64,000 bases of DNA from positions 21,305-85,304 of the forward strand of contig JBDRJV010000022.1 of NCBI GenBank assembly GCA_043814605.1. Direction: 5' to 3'. The stretch comes from Candidatus Omnitrophota bacterium (GTDB taxonomy: Bacteria > Omnitrophota > Gorgyraeia > B26-G9). Shown here one piece after another: positions 1 to 8,904 of the stretch (within the stretch, counting starts at the first letter, position 1; the number at the start of each line of letters is the position of its first letter). The translations under genes and the position numbers were made by a program. The notes below the pieces were generated by a model that saw nothing but the letters and a program-made list of their open reading frames with translations, had not been told where the DNA came from and did no database searches.

Positions 1-776
1 ATATAAGAATTTTTTAAAAGTTCATTCGAAATAAAAATACGTTCAAAATTATCAAATTTATAAGATTGAAGAACTTCGTTCGCTTTTTTTAAAATTATCG
101 GCACCTGAACATTTTTAAAGTTGTCATTTCTCGCCACGATCACCGAAAAATTAAACTGTCTCTGCAGATCATCATACTTTGCCGCAACTTTGGTTTTATA
201 CACTAAGGACGAAGCAAAAATAACATCTAGCCGGCGGCTGATTTGCTGGGCCAAAAAATCAGCTAAAAAAACTTCCTCCCCGGAAAAATCATAATCCTGA
301 TTATTCAATAGAACAGGATTAAAATTTATTTGCCATAAAATCCTTTGGCTGTAATCTTCACGCTTTATCCAGCCATACATAAATTTATAAACATCATCCA
401 TGAACCGGACTAAAATTACTTCCGCCGCTGTAGTTTTAGTATCTGCAGCAATAATTTTATAGAAATCAATTTTTGTGTCCGTACTTAAAATCACACGTGA
501 AGTTGACAAAATCACACGTTCAATTTTTTCGATTGCATTTGGCAAAATATCCAGTTGCCTGTCGAATAATTCATCCAAGGGGACAAAAACAATAATTGTT
601 TTTCCTACTAATTCTGCCTGTACATCAATATTATATTCTTTTTTACATATTTCCTTTAACGCAGAAATTAATTTATCCCGGGGATAACTCGGGGCACAGC
701 CCAGACAAAAAGCTCCCAAAACAACAAAAATAATTAGGATTTTAAGAATTCTCTTTAGGATAAGGAGTCGTACCAT
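1..776 (-). CDS. Partial CDS, not in the supplied ORF track, that runs off the window edge. Predicted lipoprotein (signal peptide plus lipobox LGC), function unknown.
   Basis: I translated the minus strand from the ATG at 776 down to position 1 and got more than 258 codons with no stop, which is very unlikely by chance in AT-rich DNA. The N-terminus reads MVRLLILKRILKILIIFVVLGAFCLGCAPSY. It overlaps the 3' end of ftsH by about 35 nt in another frame. The track probably missed it because there is no stop codon inside the window. Confidence 0.5.
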   Translation of the reverse strand, partial: MVRLLILKRILKILIIFVVLGAFCLGCAPSYPRDKLISALKEICKKEYNIDVQAELVGKTIIVFVPLDELFDRQLDILPNAIEKIERVILSTSRVILSTDTKIDFYKIIAADTKTTAAEVILVRFMDDVYKFMYGWIKREDYSQRILWQINFNPVLLNNQDYDFSGEEVFLADFLAQQISRRLDVIFASSLVYKTKVAAKYDDLQRQFNFSVIVARNDNFKNVQVPIILKKANEVLQSYKFDNFERIFISNELLKNSY

Positions 777-2361
777 GTTCCGCAAAAATTTCCTCTATTT
801 CATCATATTCCAGTTCTTCTTTTTCTAAAAGTTCCTGAGCAAACCGGTCCAATAATTTTTTTTCTTTTTTAAGCAGTTCGGTTACCTCTTTAAGGCATTT
901 TTGTAAAATTTGATTTGTTTCCTCATTCAAACGATGTTTCATCGATTCGGAAAGCTGTTCTGCTGGAATTGCGGTAAAATCACCAATTTGTCCGGATACA
1001 CCCATGCCATATTTCCAAACCATTGTATGGGCAATTGCCATAGCCAGATGAAAATCAGATGATACCCCGTCGGAAGTAACGTTAAAATGTAATTTTTCTG
1101 CTACATATCCGGCTAAAGACACTTTAATATTTGCGAGCAAATGATTCGCACTGTGGGTAAATAATTCTTCCCGCGGCTGATGGTGCACTACACCTAAGGC
1201 GCTGCGCCGAGAAATAATTGAAGCTTTAAATACATCATCCGTCGGATGCAAAATATAAAGCACCAGTAAATGTCCTGATTCGTGATAAGCAACCATCTCT
1301 TTTTCTCTTTTAGTCATTTTACGGCGGTGCTTTACTCCTAATTCTATTCTTTCCATTGCTTCGCTGAGTTCCTTATGACTAACAATTTCTTTTTTATTCC
1401 GTGTGGCAATTAAAGCCGCTTCTTTGATAATATTTTCGATCTCCGCCGGAGTCTTCCCTACGGCTTTACGCGCCAACTTACCCACATCAATTTTCGGATC
1501 AAATTTAACTTTACTTAAATAAAACTCAAAAAGCTTTTCCCGGCCCCAAAGATTCGGACGGTCAATATAAATTTTTCGGTCAAATCTTCCCGGACGCATC
1601 AAAGCTGGATCTAAATGTTCTTCGGCGGCATTAGTCGCACCAATTACTACAATATTCGCACCCCCTTTAAGGCCGTCCAATTCAACAAGCAGCTGATTTA
1701 AAGTATTATTTGTTTCCTGCCCTCCGCCGAAACTAAACGCCCGCACCCGTCCCACGGCATCGATTTCGTCAATAAATACAATACATCCTCCGTGAGAATA
1801 AGCAAAACGCCTGGCTTTCTGAAATATTTTACGGATTCTACTTGCTCCCACTCCCACAAACATTTCCACAAATTCACTTCCCGACATACTTAAAAATGGC
1901 ACACCGGTTTCTGTAGCAATGGCTTTCGCTAAATAGGTTTTACCGCAACCTGGGGCTCCAACCATTAAAATCCCTTTTATTATTTTTCCGCCGATATTTT
2001 TTAACCGCGTTCTATCCAGTAATAACTGACAAACTTCAATTGCTTCTTCTTTTGATTCATCAATTCCGATAACATCATCGAATTTCACATCTACATCTGA
2101 TTTATTAACTTTACTTTGTTTCATTCGTCCCATATAACCAAACATAACGGAAACATAAATAAATGCGGTAATTGCACCGCTAACCAGCATCACTAATATC
2201 CACAAAGGCATATTTGCTAATGCTGTAATTCTGGCATAAGATTCAAGTTTAGACATTCCGATTGCTGAAAGAACAATCAATATCCCCGCAACTAAAACAA
2301 TAGCAATAATAACCCAATGGTCTTCAAAAAAAATTCTTAATTTTCTCGTTAACAATTTCAT
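742..2361 (-). CDS. ftsH: ATP-dependent zinc metalloprotease FtsH, with an unusually short periplasmic loop
   Basis: Two N-terminal TM helices, a AAA+ Walker A (GAPGCGKT), Walker B and second region of homology, and the HESGH zinc motif. I moved the start to the internal Met (MKLLTRK) at 2361, which is preceded by AGGAGG 5 nt upstream. The ORF track extends to 2385. Confidence 0.9.
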   Translation of the reverse strand: MKLLTRKLRIFFEDHWVIIAIVLVAGILIVLSAIGMSKLESYARITALANMPLWILVMLVSGAITAFIYVSVMFGYMGRMKQSKVNKSDVDVKFDDVIGIDESKEEAIEVCQLLLDRTRLKNIGGKIIKGILMVGAPGCGKTYLAKAIATETGVPFLSMSGSEFVEMFVGVGASRIRKIFQKARRFAYSHGGCIVFIDEIDAVGRVRAFSFGGGQETNNTLNQLLVELDGLKGGANIVVIGATNAAEEHLDPALMRPGRFDRKIYIDRPNLWGREKLFEFYLSKVKFDPKIDVGKLARKAVGKTPAEIENIIKEAALIATRNKKEIVSHKELSEAMERIELGVKHRRKMTKREKEMVAYHESGHLLVLYILHPTDDVFKASIISRRSALGVVHHQPREELFTHSANHLLANIKVSLAGYVAEKLHFNVTSDGVSSDFHLAMAIAHTMVWKYGMGVSGQIGDFTAIPAEQLSESMKHRLNEETNQILQKCLKEVTELLKKEKKLLDRFAQELLEKEELEYDEIEEIFAEHGTTPYPKENS

Positions 2362-2483
2362 TATTCCTCCTTTGTCACAAACCAAAAACCTACGATAACA
2401 GAAAATAAACCTTTTGGTTTATTTTAGTTTTCTGTTACCGGCTCAGTTTTTAGGGATTTATATTATTTTTAAAACAATTCTGT

Positions 2484-4016
2484 TCATTTTAATTGTTCTA
2501 ATTTTTTATTTATTTCCTCTTGATCGGGATCAATTTGTAAAGATTTTAACCACGCTTCTTTTGCCTCATTAATTAATCCTTTTTTTAAATATGCATCACC
2601 TAAGTGATCATAAATTACCGGATCCGCAGCCAAAAGTTCTGCTGCATTTTTAAGACATTTTAAAGCTTCATCAATCTTGCCCTGTTTAAAATATGCCCAC
2701 CCCAAAGAATCAATATACGCCCCGTTTTCCGGTTCGATTGCTAACGCTCTGTTTATCAGCGCAATTGCTTCTTCCATATTTTCGCCTGCTTCAACCATCA
2801 TATACCCTAAGTAATTACAGGCATCGGAATTCTGGGAATTAATTTCCAGTGTTTTTAAAAACTGTTTTTTCGCTGATTCTCTTTTTCCCTGTTTCTCGTA
2901 AAGAGCTCCTAAGTAAAAATATACTAATTCATCGTTCGGGTTCAAAGCCAAAGTTTTGTAATAATAGTCTTCTGCTCTTGCGTAATCGTCTTTAATACTA
3001 TGTGCTAGTCCCAGTAAAAGAAATAATCTGGACTTATTTTTTAAGAGCGGCTCAGCTTGTCGCAAGACTTCAATCGCCTGGTCTGTTTTTTCCTGTTTTA
3101 AATAAATATGCGCCGTTTCAAAGTAAACATCAACAATTCGAGAATTTAATTCTTTTACTTTTTGAAATTGTTCCAGCGCCGCATCGAGCATCTCACGTTC
3201 AGCATACATTTGCCCCAAACGAAAATAAGCTAAAGGATTTTCCGGATTAAGACTTATTGCTTTTTCGTATGCTTGTTCAGACTTAAGATTTTCTTTTTTT
3301 AATTCATAGACTAATCCTAACCCTAAATAGGCTTCCAAATAATCCGGAGCAAGTTCAATCGTTTTTTCTAAATTCGAAATTGCCAGATCATATTTATTGA
3401 GCTGGCTATAAATCATCCCTAAATTAAAATACAGATAAGGCAGCTGTATTCCCTCTGCGGCCATCTGTTCATAAATAATAATTGCTTTTTCTAATTGCCT
3501 CTCTAAAATATGCAGGTCGGCTAAACTAAGCCGGGCTTGTTTATTTTTAGGGTCTAATGCTATAATTTGACGGTATAACTCACTGGCTTTTTGAAAATCA
3601 CCTAAAGCTGTATGGATTACCCCGAGGATTAACCTGACGTTTATATTATCCGGTTCAATTTTTAAAACTTTTTCCAGCTGGTCAATTGCTGCATCAAATT
3701 TTCCCTGCCTAAAATAAGCCGTACCCAATTTTATATTTAACGATGATGAGCTTTGATCATAACGGACCGCCTGCGTATATTCATCTACAGCTGCGTTTAA
3801 ATCATGGTTATATTCATACAAAAGCCCACGCAAATAATGTGCGTAGGCTTTGGAAATTAAATTCTTCGCCGGATAGTCTCTTTTCAGTTTATCCGGCTGA
3901 TTATCTTTAAGAATTTTTTTTACATACGGTTTTTTTGCTGCACACCCATTGATTGGCACAAAAAATATTACGGCTAAAAGCAAAAGCCAGCAAAAATCTT
4001 TCTCAATATATTTCAT
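2484..4016 (-). CDS. TPR-repeat lipoprotein
   Basis: N-terminal signal with Cys (PINGCAAKK). The whole body is tandem 34-residue TPR-like repeats: many A..Y...G...A repeats and short Y/F-x-LG motifs throughout. Confidence 0.8.
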   Translation of the reverse strand: MKYIEKDFCWLLLLAVIFFVPINGCAAKKPYVKKILKDNQPDKLKRDYPAKNLISKAYAHYLRGLLYEYNHDLNAAVDEYTQAVRYDQSSSSLNIKLGTAYFRQGKFDAAIDQLEKVLKIEPDNINVRLILGVIHTALGDFQKASELYRQIIALDPKNKQARLSLADLHILERQLEKAIIIYEQMAAEGIQLPYLYFNLGMIYSQLNKYDLAISNLEKTIELAPDYLEAYLGLGLVYELKKENLKSEQAYEKAISLNPENPLAYFRLGQMYAEREMLDAALEQFQKVKELNSRIVDVYFETAHIYLKQEKTDQAIEVLRQAEPLLKNKSRLFLLLGLAHSIKDDYARAEDYYYKTLALNPNDELVYFYLGALYEKQGKRESAKKQFLKTLEINSQNSDACNYLGYMMVEAGENMEEAIALINRALAIEPENGAYIDSLGWAYFKQGKIDEALKCLKNAAELLAADPVIYDHLGDAYLKKGLINEAKEAWLKSLQIDPDQEEINKKLEQLK

Positions 4017-4031
4017 TTTAAATGTTGCCTT

Positions 4032-4124
4032 TTATGATTTTTTCTTATGTCTATCTCTTCTCAACCTTTTTTTTCTTTTATGGGTAGATATTTTTTTGCG
4101 TTTTCTTTTTTTTCCACACGGCAT
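4032..4124 (-). CDS. Candidate small ORF (30 aa, extremely K/R-rich: MPCGKKRKRKKISTHKRKKRLRRDRHKKKS), function unknown
   Basis: AGGAGG lies 10 nt upstream of the ATG and a TAA stop follows. It sits between hisG and the TPR gene on the same strand. It is below the ORF-track length cutoff. Confidence 0.3.
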   Translation of the reverse strand: MPCGKKRKRKKISTHKRKKRLRRDRHKKKS

Positions 4125-4270
4125 GATCTTTTATCCTCCTTTAAATGATCCCGCTAAGGCGGGAGAATTTAATCTCGCCACTGTCCACTTCCATAAGTTT
4201 ACCTGGCGGATGAATTTAATTTAAATTTAAATTATATGCGATAAAAAAAGTTTTCTTATGAATATGATTT

Positions 4271-5152
4271 TTAAGGAATAACTTTCGTTAAATTATACTC
4301 AATTATTGCCTCGGCCCCGGCTTTTTTAAGTTTTTGTATTAAATCCCGCACAACTTTTTCTTCGGCAATAATTTCAATCGCATACCAATCCTGGCGGCTC
4401 AAATGAGAAATTGTCGGATTACGCATCGCCGGAAGCAAAGCCAGCACTCTGTCTAAATTATTTTTATGCACGTTTAATTTTAATCCTACCTTATCTTCTG
4501 CATTAATCGCGCCTTTAAGCAGCAAACAAACATGTTCGATTTTCTCTTTTTTCCAAATATCTTTCCAGGAATTTTTATTCGCAATAAATTGAGTTGTAGA
4601 CCAGCACAGCGTATCAATAATTTGTAAGTTATTTGCTTTTAAACTTGATCCGGTTTCCGTTAATTCAACGATGGCATCAACAAGTTGAGGAACTTTAGCC
4701 TCGGTTGCACCCCAGCTAAATTCTACGTCTGCTTTTACCTTATTCTTTTTTAAATACTGCCGCGTAACATTAACTAATTCTGTAGCAATTATTTTACCTT
4801 TTAAATCTTTGACCTGTTTAATTTTTGAATTAACCGGAACCGCTAATACCCAACGTACAGTGCTCATGCTTTGCTTCGCATACATAAGATCGCTGACTCT
4901 AACAACTTTAGCGTTATTCTCCAAAATCCAATCTTCTCCGGTAATCCCACAATCCAAAACTCCGTTTTCCACATAACGCGGTAATTCCTGAGCGCGGAGT
5001 AATACAGCTTCGATCTCCGGATCATCTACGTTAGGAAAATAAGAGCGGTCGGAAACAGATACGGAAAAACCTGCTTTTTTTAACATCCGAACAGTAGACT
5101 CTTGTAAACTTCCCTTGGGCAAACCTAATCTGATCACTTGTTTTTTCATCAC
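4271..5152 (-). CDS. hisG: ATP phosphoribosyltransferase, long form (HisG with a C-terminal regulatory domain)
   Basis: 293 aa. The N-terminus (RLGLPKGSLQE) and overall length fit long-form HisG. Confidence 0.8.
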   Translation of the reverse strand: MMKKQVIRLGLPKGSLQESTVRMLKKAGFSVSVSDRSYFPNVDDPEIEAVLLRAQELPRYVENGVLDCGITGEDWILENNAKVVRVSDLMYAKQSMSTVRWVLAVPVNSKIKQVKDLKGKIIATELVNVTRQYLKKNKVKADVEFSWGATEAKVPQLVDAIVELTETGSSLKANNLQIIDTLCWSTTQFIANKNSWKDIWKKEKIEHVCLLLKGAINAEDKVGLKLNVHKNNLDRVLALLPAMRNPTISHLSRQDWYAIEIIAEEKVVRDLIQKLKKAGAEAIIEYNLTKVIP

Positions 5153-5331
5153 AAACCTCTTTATTATTCAGGTTGTTTAAATCTTATAAATATTTATTTT
5201 TTAACGACTTATCAAAATATTTTATAACATACTCAAAAAAAGTCAATACCATAATAGACTACAGACCTTACCAAAAACAATTTTTTCTCATTGTTTGATT
5301 CTTTCTTATTTTAACCCTCCCCCTAGATTTA

Positions 5332-6249
5332 TTATCTGACTTCCCAGCGTTTATGAATCCAATTAACCCATTGCCCCGGATAATTACGTATGTATTTTTC
5401 AACAATATTAATAATTTTCTGTAAATTATCTTTTATATCTTTATTTTGATCTTGAGTATTTTGTAAAATAATTTCTGGCTCAATCCTAATTGTTCGCGTT
5501 TGGTTTTTATTATGGATGATAAATATCGGTACAATTGCCGCTTGTGTGCTCATTGCTAATTTAATCGGCCCTGTGGCAACCATAGCAGGATGATTAAAAA
5601 AACTAACTGCTTGCCCTTCTGTACCAAAATTCTGGTCCATTTCAATGACTAAGAGCTCATTGCGTGAGAGTAATTTCATACAGCGGCGCATACAAGTTAC
5701 TACCGGTTGGTTAAAAACAATTTTTTGGCCCACTTGACGGCAAAAACTCATGATGAGTTTTTCTATCCCTTTATTTCGTGCATGTCGCGCCACAAATGCT
5801 GCTTTATAACCGTCTATTGCTAACCGTGCGCCAATCAATGTAAAACTGCCTAAATGTGCACTCGCCGCAATTACTCCCTTACCCTTTTGAAAAGCCTGCT
5901 CTAAATTTTCAACTCCTTCAATTTTAATCAAAGATCTTACTCTATCTTTAGTTAAATCCTTGAAACGAATTGTATCCAGAATAATCAAACCCATTGTATT
6001 AAAACTTTGCTTGGCAATTTTTATAATTTGAGCTTTTGTTAATTGTTTGCCTAAGGCAATTCTTAAATTTCTTAAAGCTAGTTTTCTGTTTTTATGAGCC
6101 AGTTTATAATATAACCGGCTTAAACTTCGACCCAAGGCATAAATCAATTTTTCCGGTAAAATTCGAACAATCACTAAAAGAAATCTTAACCCAAAAACAC
6201 TAAACCAGGACACAAAGATTTTTGCAATGCTATTTTTACTCTTCTTCAT
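5332..6249 (-). CDS. LpxL/HtrB-family lipid A late (lauroyl/myristoyl) acyltransferase
   Basis: 305 aa with an N-terminal membrane anchor. The layout fits lysophospholipid / Kdo2-lipid IVA acyltransferases, and it is adjacent to lpxB. Confidence 0.7.
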   Translation of the reverse strand: MKKSKNSIAKIFVSWFSVFGLRFLLVIVRILPEKLIYALGRSLSRLYYKLAHKNRKLALRNLRIALGKQLTKAQIIKIAKQSFNTMGLIILDTIRFKDLTKDRVRSLIKIEGVENLEQAFQKGKGVIAASAHLGSFTLIGARLAIDGYKAAFVARHARNKGIEKLIMSFCRQVGQKIVFNQPVVTCMRRCMKLLSRNELLVIEMDQNFGTEGQAVSFFNHPAMVATGPIKLAMSTQAAIVPIFIIHNKNQTRTIRIEPEIILQNTQDQNKDIKDNLQKIINIVEKYIRNYPGQWVNWIHKRWEVR

Positions 6250-6343
6250 GGGTTTATAGCTTACTATAAATTAAGCTTTTGGTCAATATTTATGATTGAT
6301 ATTTTAAGTATATAAGTAACTATAATTATTAAATTAGAACACT

Positions 6344-6390
6344 TGACATCCTGTTAACATTTTGTTAAATTTATTGATATTATAATCTTT
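6344..6390 (+). promoter_or_regulatory. Putative sigma70-like promoter region for the Gfo/Idh/MocA-lpxB transcript. The same gap also serves lpxL on the opposite strand.
   Basis: TTGACA at 6345-6350 and a perfect TATAAT at about 6384-6389, 17 nt before the ATG at 6407. The ribosome-binding site is AAAGGA. Confidence 0.3.
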
Positions 6391-6406
6391 CAAAAGGAAT
6401 CCCGCT

Positions 6407-7345
6407 ATGAAAAAAAATCTTTGCAGGGGAAAAGTTAAGGTTGCTGTTATTGGGGCCGGGCACTTGGGTAAAATTCATTGCCGCATATATTCCCAATCAA
6501 AAGATGCGCAGCTTATCGGTATTTGCGATATTGATGCACAACGAGCAAAAATTCATGCACAAACTTTCCGGACGCAAAGTTTTACAAATTACCAGGATTT
6601 ATTAGATAAAGTTGATGCCGTAAGTATTGCTACCCCAACAACTAACCATTTTAAAACTGCCTGCGCTTTTCTTAAGAATAATATCCACGTTATGATTGAA
6701 AAACCCATAACCACAACCACTCAACAGGCACAAAAGTTGATTAACTTAGCACAAAAGAAAAAATGCATTCTTCAGGTTGGACACGTTGAACGCTTTAACC
6801 CGGCGATTAAAACAATCCAGAAATTTTGTAAGTATCCTAAGTTTATTGAAGTACACCGGTTAAGCCCTTATCCTAAACGCGGTACAGATGTAGGAGTTGT
6901 GCTTGATTTAATGATCCATGATATTGACATAATTCAAGTTTTAGTAAAATCACGGATTAAAAGTTTTCAAGCTATCGGGGTTAAAGTTCTGTCTAAATTT
7001 GAAGATATTGCCAATGCTCGGATTATCTTTGCTAATGGTACAGTATGCAATTTAACTGCCAGCCGTATCAGCGCAGATACTTTGAGAAAGATCAGGATTT
7101 TTCAAAACAATTCATACTTGAGTATTGACTATGCTCAACAAAAAATTGATTTTTACGAAAAAAAAGGTTTAAAGATTATCCATCGGGAAATAACTGTATT
7201 AAAAAAAGAACCCTTAGTCGAAGAACTTAATTCTTTTCTGCACTGCATAAAACAAGGTAAAAAACCTGTTGTTTGCGGCATTAACGCCAAAAAAGCTTTA
7301 AAAATCGCTTTAGCCATCACCAAACAAATTCACAAAAATAACTGA
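6407..7345 (+). CDS. Gfo/Idh/MocA-family NAD(P)-dependent oxidoreductase, possibly GnnA-like (UDP-GlcNAc 3-dehydrogenase) given its lipid A neighbours
   Basis: N-terminal Rossmann motif VAVIGAGHLG and the overall Gfo/Idh/MocA architecture. It sits between lpxL and lpxB. Confidence 0.7.
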   Translation: MKKNLCRGKVKVAVIGAGHLGKIHCRIYSQSKDAQLIGICDIDAQRAKIHAQTFRTQSFTNYQDLLDKVDAVSIATPTTNHFKTACAFLKNNIHVMIEKPITTTTQQAQKLINLAQKKKCILQVGHVERFNPAIKTIQKFCKYPKFIEVHRLSPYPKRGTDVGVVLDLMIHDIDIIQVLVKSRIKSFQAIGVKVLSKFEDIANARIIFANGTVCNLTASRISADTLRKIRIFQNNSYLSIDYAQQKIDFYEKKGLKIIHREITVLKKEPLVEELNSFLHCIKQGKKPVVCGINAKKALKIALAITKQIHKNN

Positions 7346-7361
7346 TAAACTTGCAAAAAAA

Positions 7362-8516
7362 ATGGACCATAAAAAAATTTTTATTATTGCCGGTGAGCCT
7401 TCGGCAGATATACACGCCGCTGCTTTAGTTATGGAACTAAAAAAATCTCAGCCGAATTTAAAAATAATTGGGATCGGCAGTAAAAAAATGCAGGAAGCCG
7501 GGGTAGAAATTTTTGCTGATTTAAGTCAATATGCGGTAATTGGATTTATTGAAGTTTTAAAGCACTATCCTATTTTTAAAAAAATATTTAACCTTACCCT
7601 CGATAAAATCAGGCAGGAAAACCCCCGGGCAATTGTGCTGATTGATTATCCAGGATTTAATTTAAGATTAGCAAAAAAAATCAGACAAAAATTTCCGCAA
7701 GTAAAAATTATTTATTATATCAGCCCGCAAGTCTGGGCTTGGGGCCAAAAACGCATCGAGCTTATTAAAAAAATTGTGGATAAGATGATTGTTGTTTTTG
7801 ATTTTGAAAAAACATTATATCTTAAACATGGTGTTAATGCTGAATTCGTCGGCCATCCGCTGCTGGAAATAATCAATCCTCAAGCTGATAAAACTGAAAT
7901 CATGAAAAAACACAATTTAGTTTCGGAATATGAATATTTGGGAATTTTACCTGGTTCACGCATTATGGAAGTAAAACGCATTTTACCTGTAATGCTCAAA
8001 GCTGCAAAAAAACTCTCTTTTAATAATCCTCATCTAATATTTTTATTGTTTAAAGCTGCAAACATACCCGATGATTTAGTTGAAAAATTATTAAGTAATT
8101 ATCAGCATTTAAATTTAAAGATTATTAAAAAAAATCGACACGAGATACTCAGCATTTGCTCTTTTGCCTGGGTTTGCTCAGGCACAGCAACATTGGAAAC
8201 CGCAATTTTAAACACTCCCATGTTAATTGTGTATAAAACCAGCTTTTTGACTTGGGCAATTTCTAAATGTTTAATTAAGCTGCCTTATATTGGATTGGTT
8301 AATATTGTTGTGGGGGAGAAAATTGTACCGGAATTTGTACAATATCAAGCAACTGCTGAAAATATTTGTAATTTTACACAAAATTGGTTTCGGCAGGACC
8401 AAAAAGATAAACAAATACTTAAACAAAAATTATCTACTGTTAAACAAAAACTTGGCTCCTTAAACGCAAATAAAAACACCGCGCAAATCATTACGAACTT
8501 AATAATTACGGAGTAA
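7362..8516 (+). CDS. lpxB: Lipid-A-disaccharide synthase
   Basis: 384 aa. The N-terminus IFIIAGEPSADIHAA and the C-terminal GT-B region (PGSRIMEV) match LpxB. Confidence 0.85.
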   Translation: MDHKKIFIIAGEPSADIHAAALVMELKKSQPNLKIIGIGSKKMQEAGVEIFADLSQYAVIGFIEVLKHYPIFKKIFNLTLDKIRQENPRAIVLIDYPGFNLRLAKKIRQKFPQVKIIYYISPQVWAWGQKRIELIKKIVDKMIVVFDFEKTLYLKHGVNAEFVGHPLLEIINPQADKTEIMKKHNLVSEYEYLGILPGSRIMEVKRILPVMLKAAKKLSFNNPHLIFLLFKAANIPDDLVEKLLSNYQHLNLKIIKKNRHEILSICSFAWVCSGTATLETAILNTPMLIVYKTSFLTWAISKCLIKLPYIGLVNIVVGEKIVPEFVQYQATAENICNFTQNWFRQDQKDKQILKQKLSTVKQKLGSLNANKNTAQIITNLIITE

Positions 8517-8880
8517 AATTGTCTGTTTCTGTTCCGTTCATATCTAAAATAATGTCTAAAGTAGCGCGAGGGCCTCTGGCGCGCACAGCTGTTGCCTGAG
8601 GATTAGTAAAAGTATAAGTCCAATCTAGATTACTGGGATTTTCCATTCCCACAGCGATCCATTCTGCATCTGTACCGGCATTATCTAAAGTAATTGTTGT
8701 TCTGCGTTCGGAAGAGTAAGTTCTTTCTGCCGCAATTATAGCCTGTAAGGTTGCTCTGGCTTCACGGCCGCGCACACGTTCGACTGTATTAACATAAGTC
8801 GGGATAGCCACACTGGCTAATATTGCGACAATTATTACTGTAACTAATAATTCAATTAAGGTAAATCCATGAATTTTCAT
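8506..8880 (-). CDS. Type IV pilin / pseudopilin with an N-terminal methylation motif
   Basis: MKIHGFTLIELLVTVIIVAILASVAIP is a class III signal peptide (G/F cleavage site, Glu at +5) followed by a hydrophobic helix. It is the first gene of the pilus cluster. Confidence 0.75.
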   Translation of the reverse strand: MKIHGFTLIELLVTVIIVAILASVAIPTYVNTVERVRGREARATLQAIIAAERTYSSERRTTITLDNAGTDAEWIAVGMENPSNLDWTYTFTNPQATAVRARGPRATLDIILDMNGTETDNFTP

Positions 8881-8904
8881 GTTTAACCTCCTTTGGTTAA
8901 TTTT

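Noticed and set aside
475-687. 70-aa plus-strand ORF from the track
   Set aside because: It lies antisense to, and wholly inside, the long uninterrupted minus-strand lipoprotein ORF. It has no ribosome-binding site.
4148-4165. Small hairpin CCCGC-TAAG-GCGGG downstream of hisG
   Set aside because: The stem is only 5 bp and there is no U-tract. That is insufficient for a terminator call.
3002-4224. Plus-strand ORFs 3002..3250 and 3949..4224
   Set aside because: They lie antisense within or across the TPR gene and its upstream region. They are low-complexity translations of AT-rich DNA.
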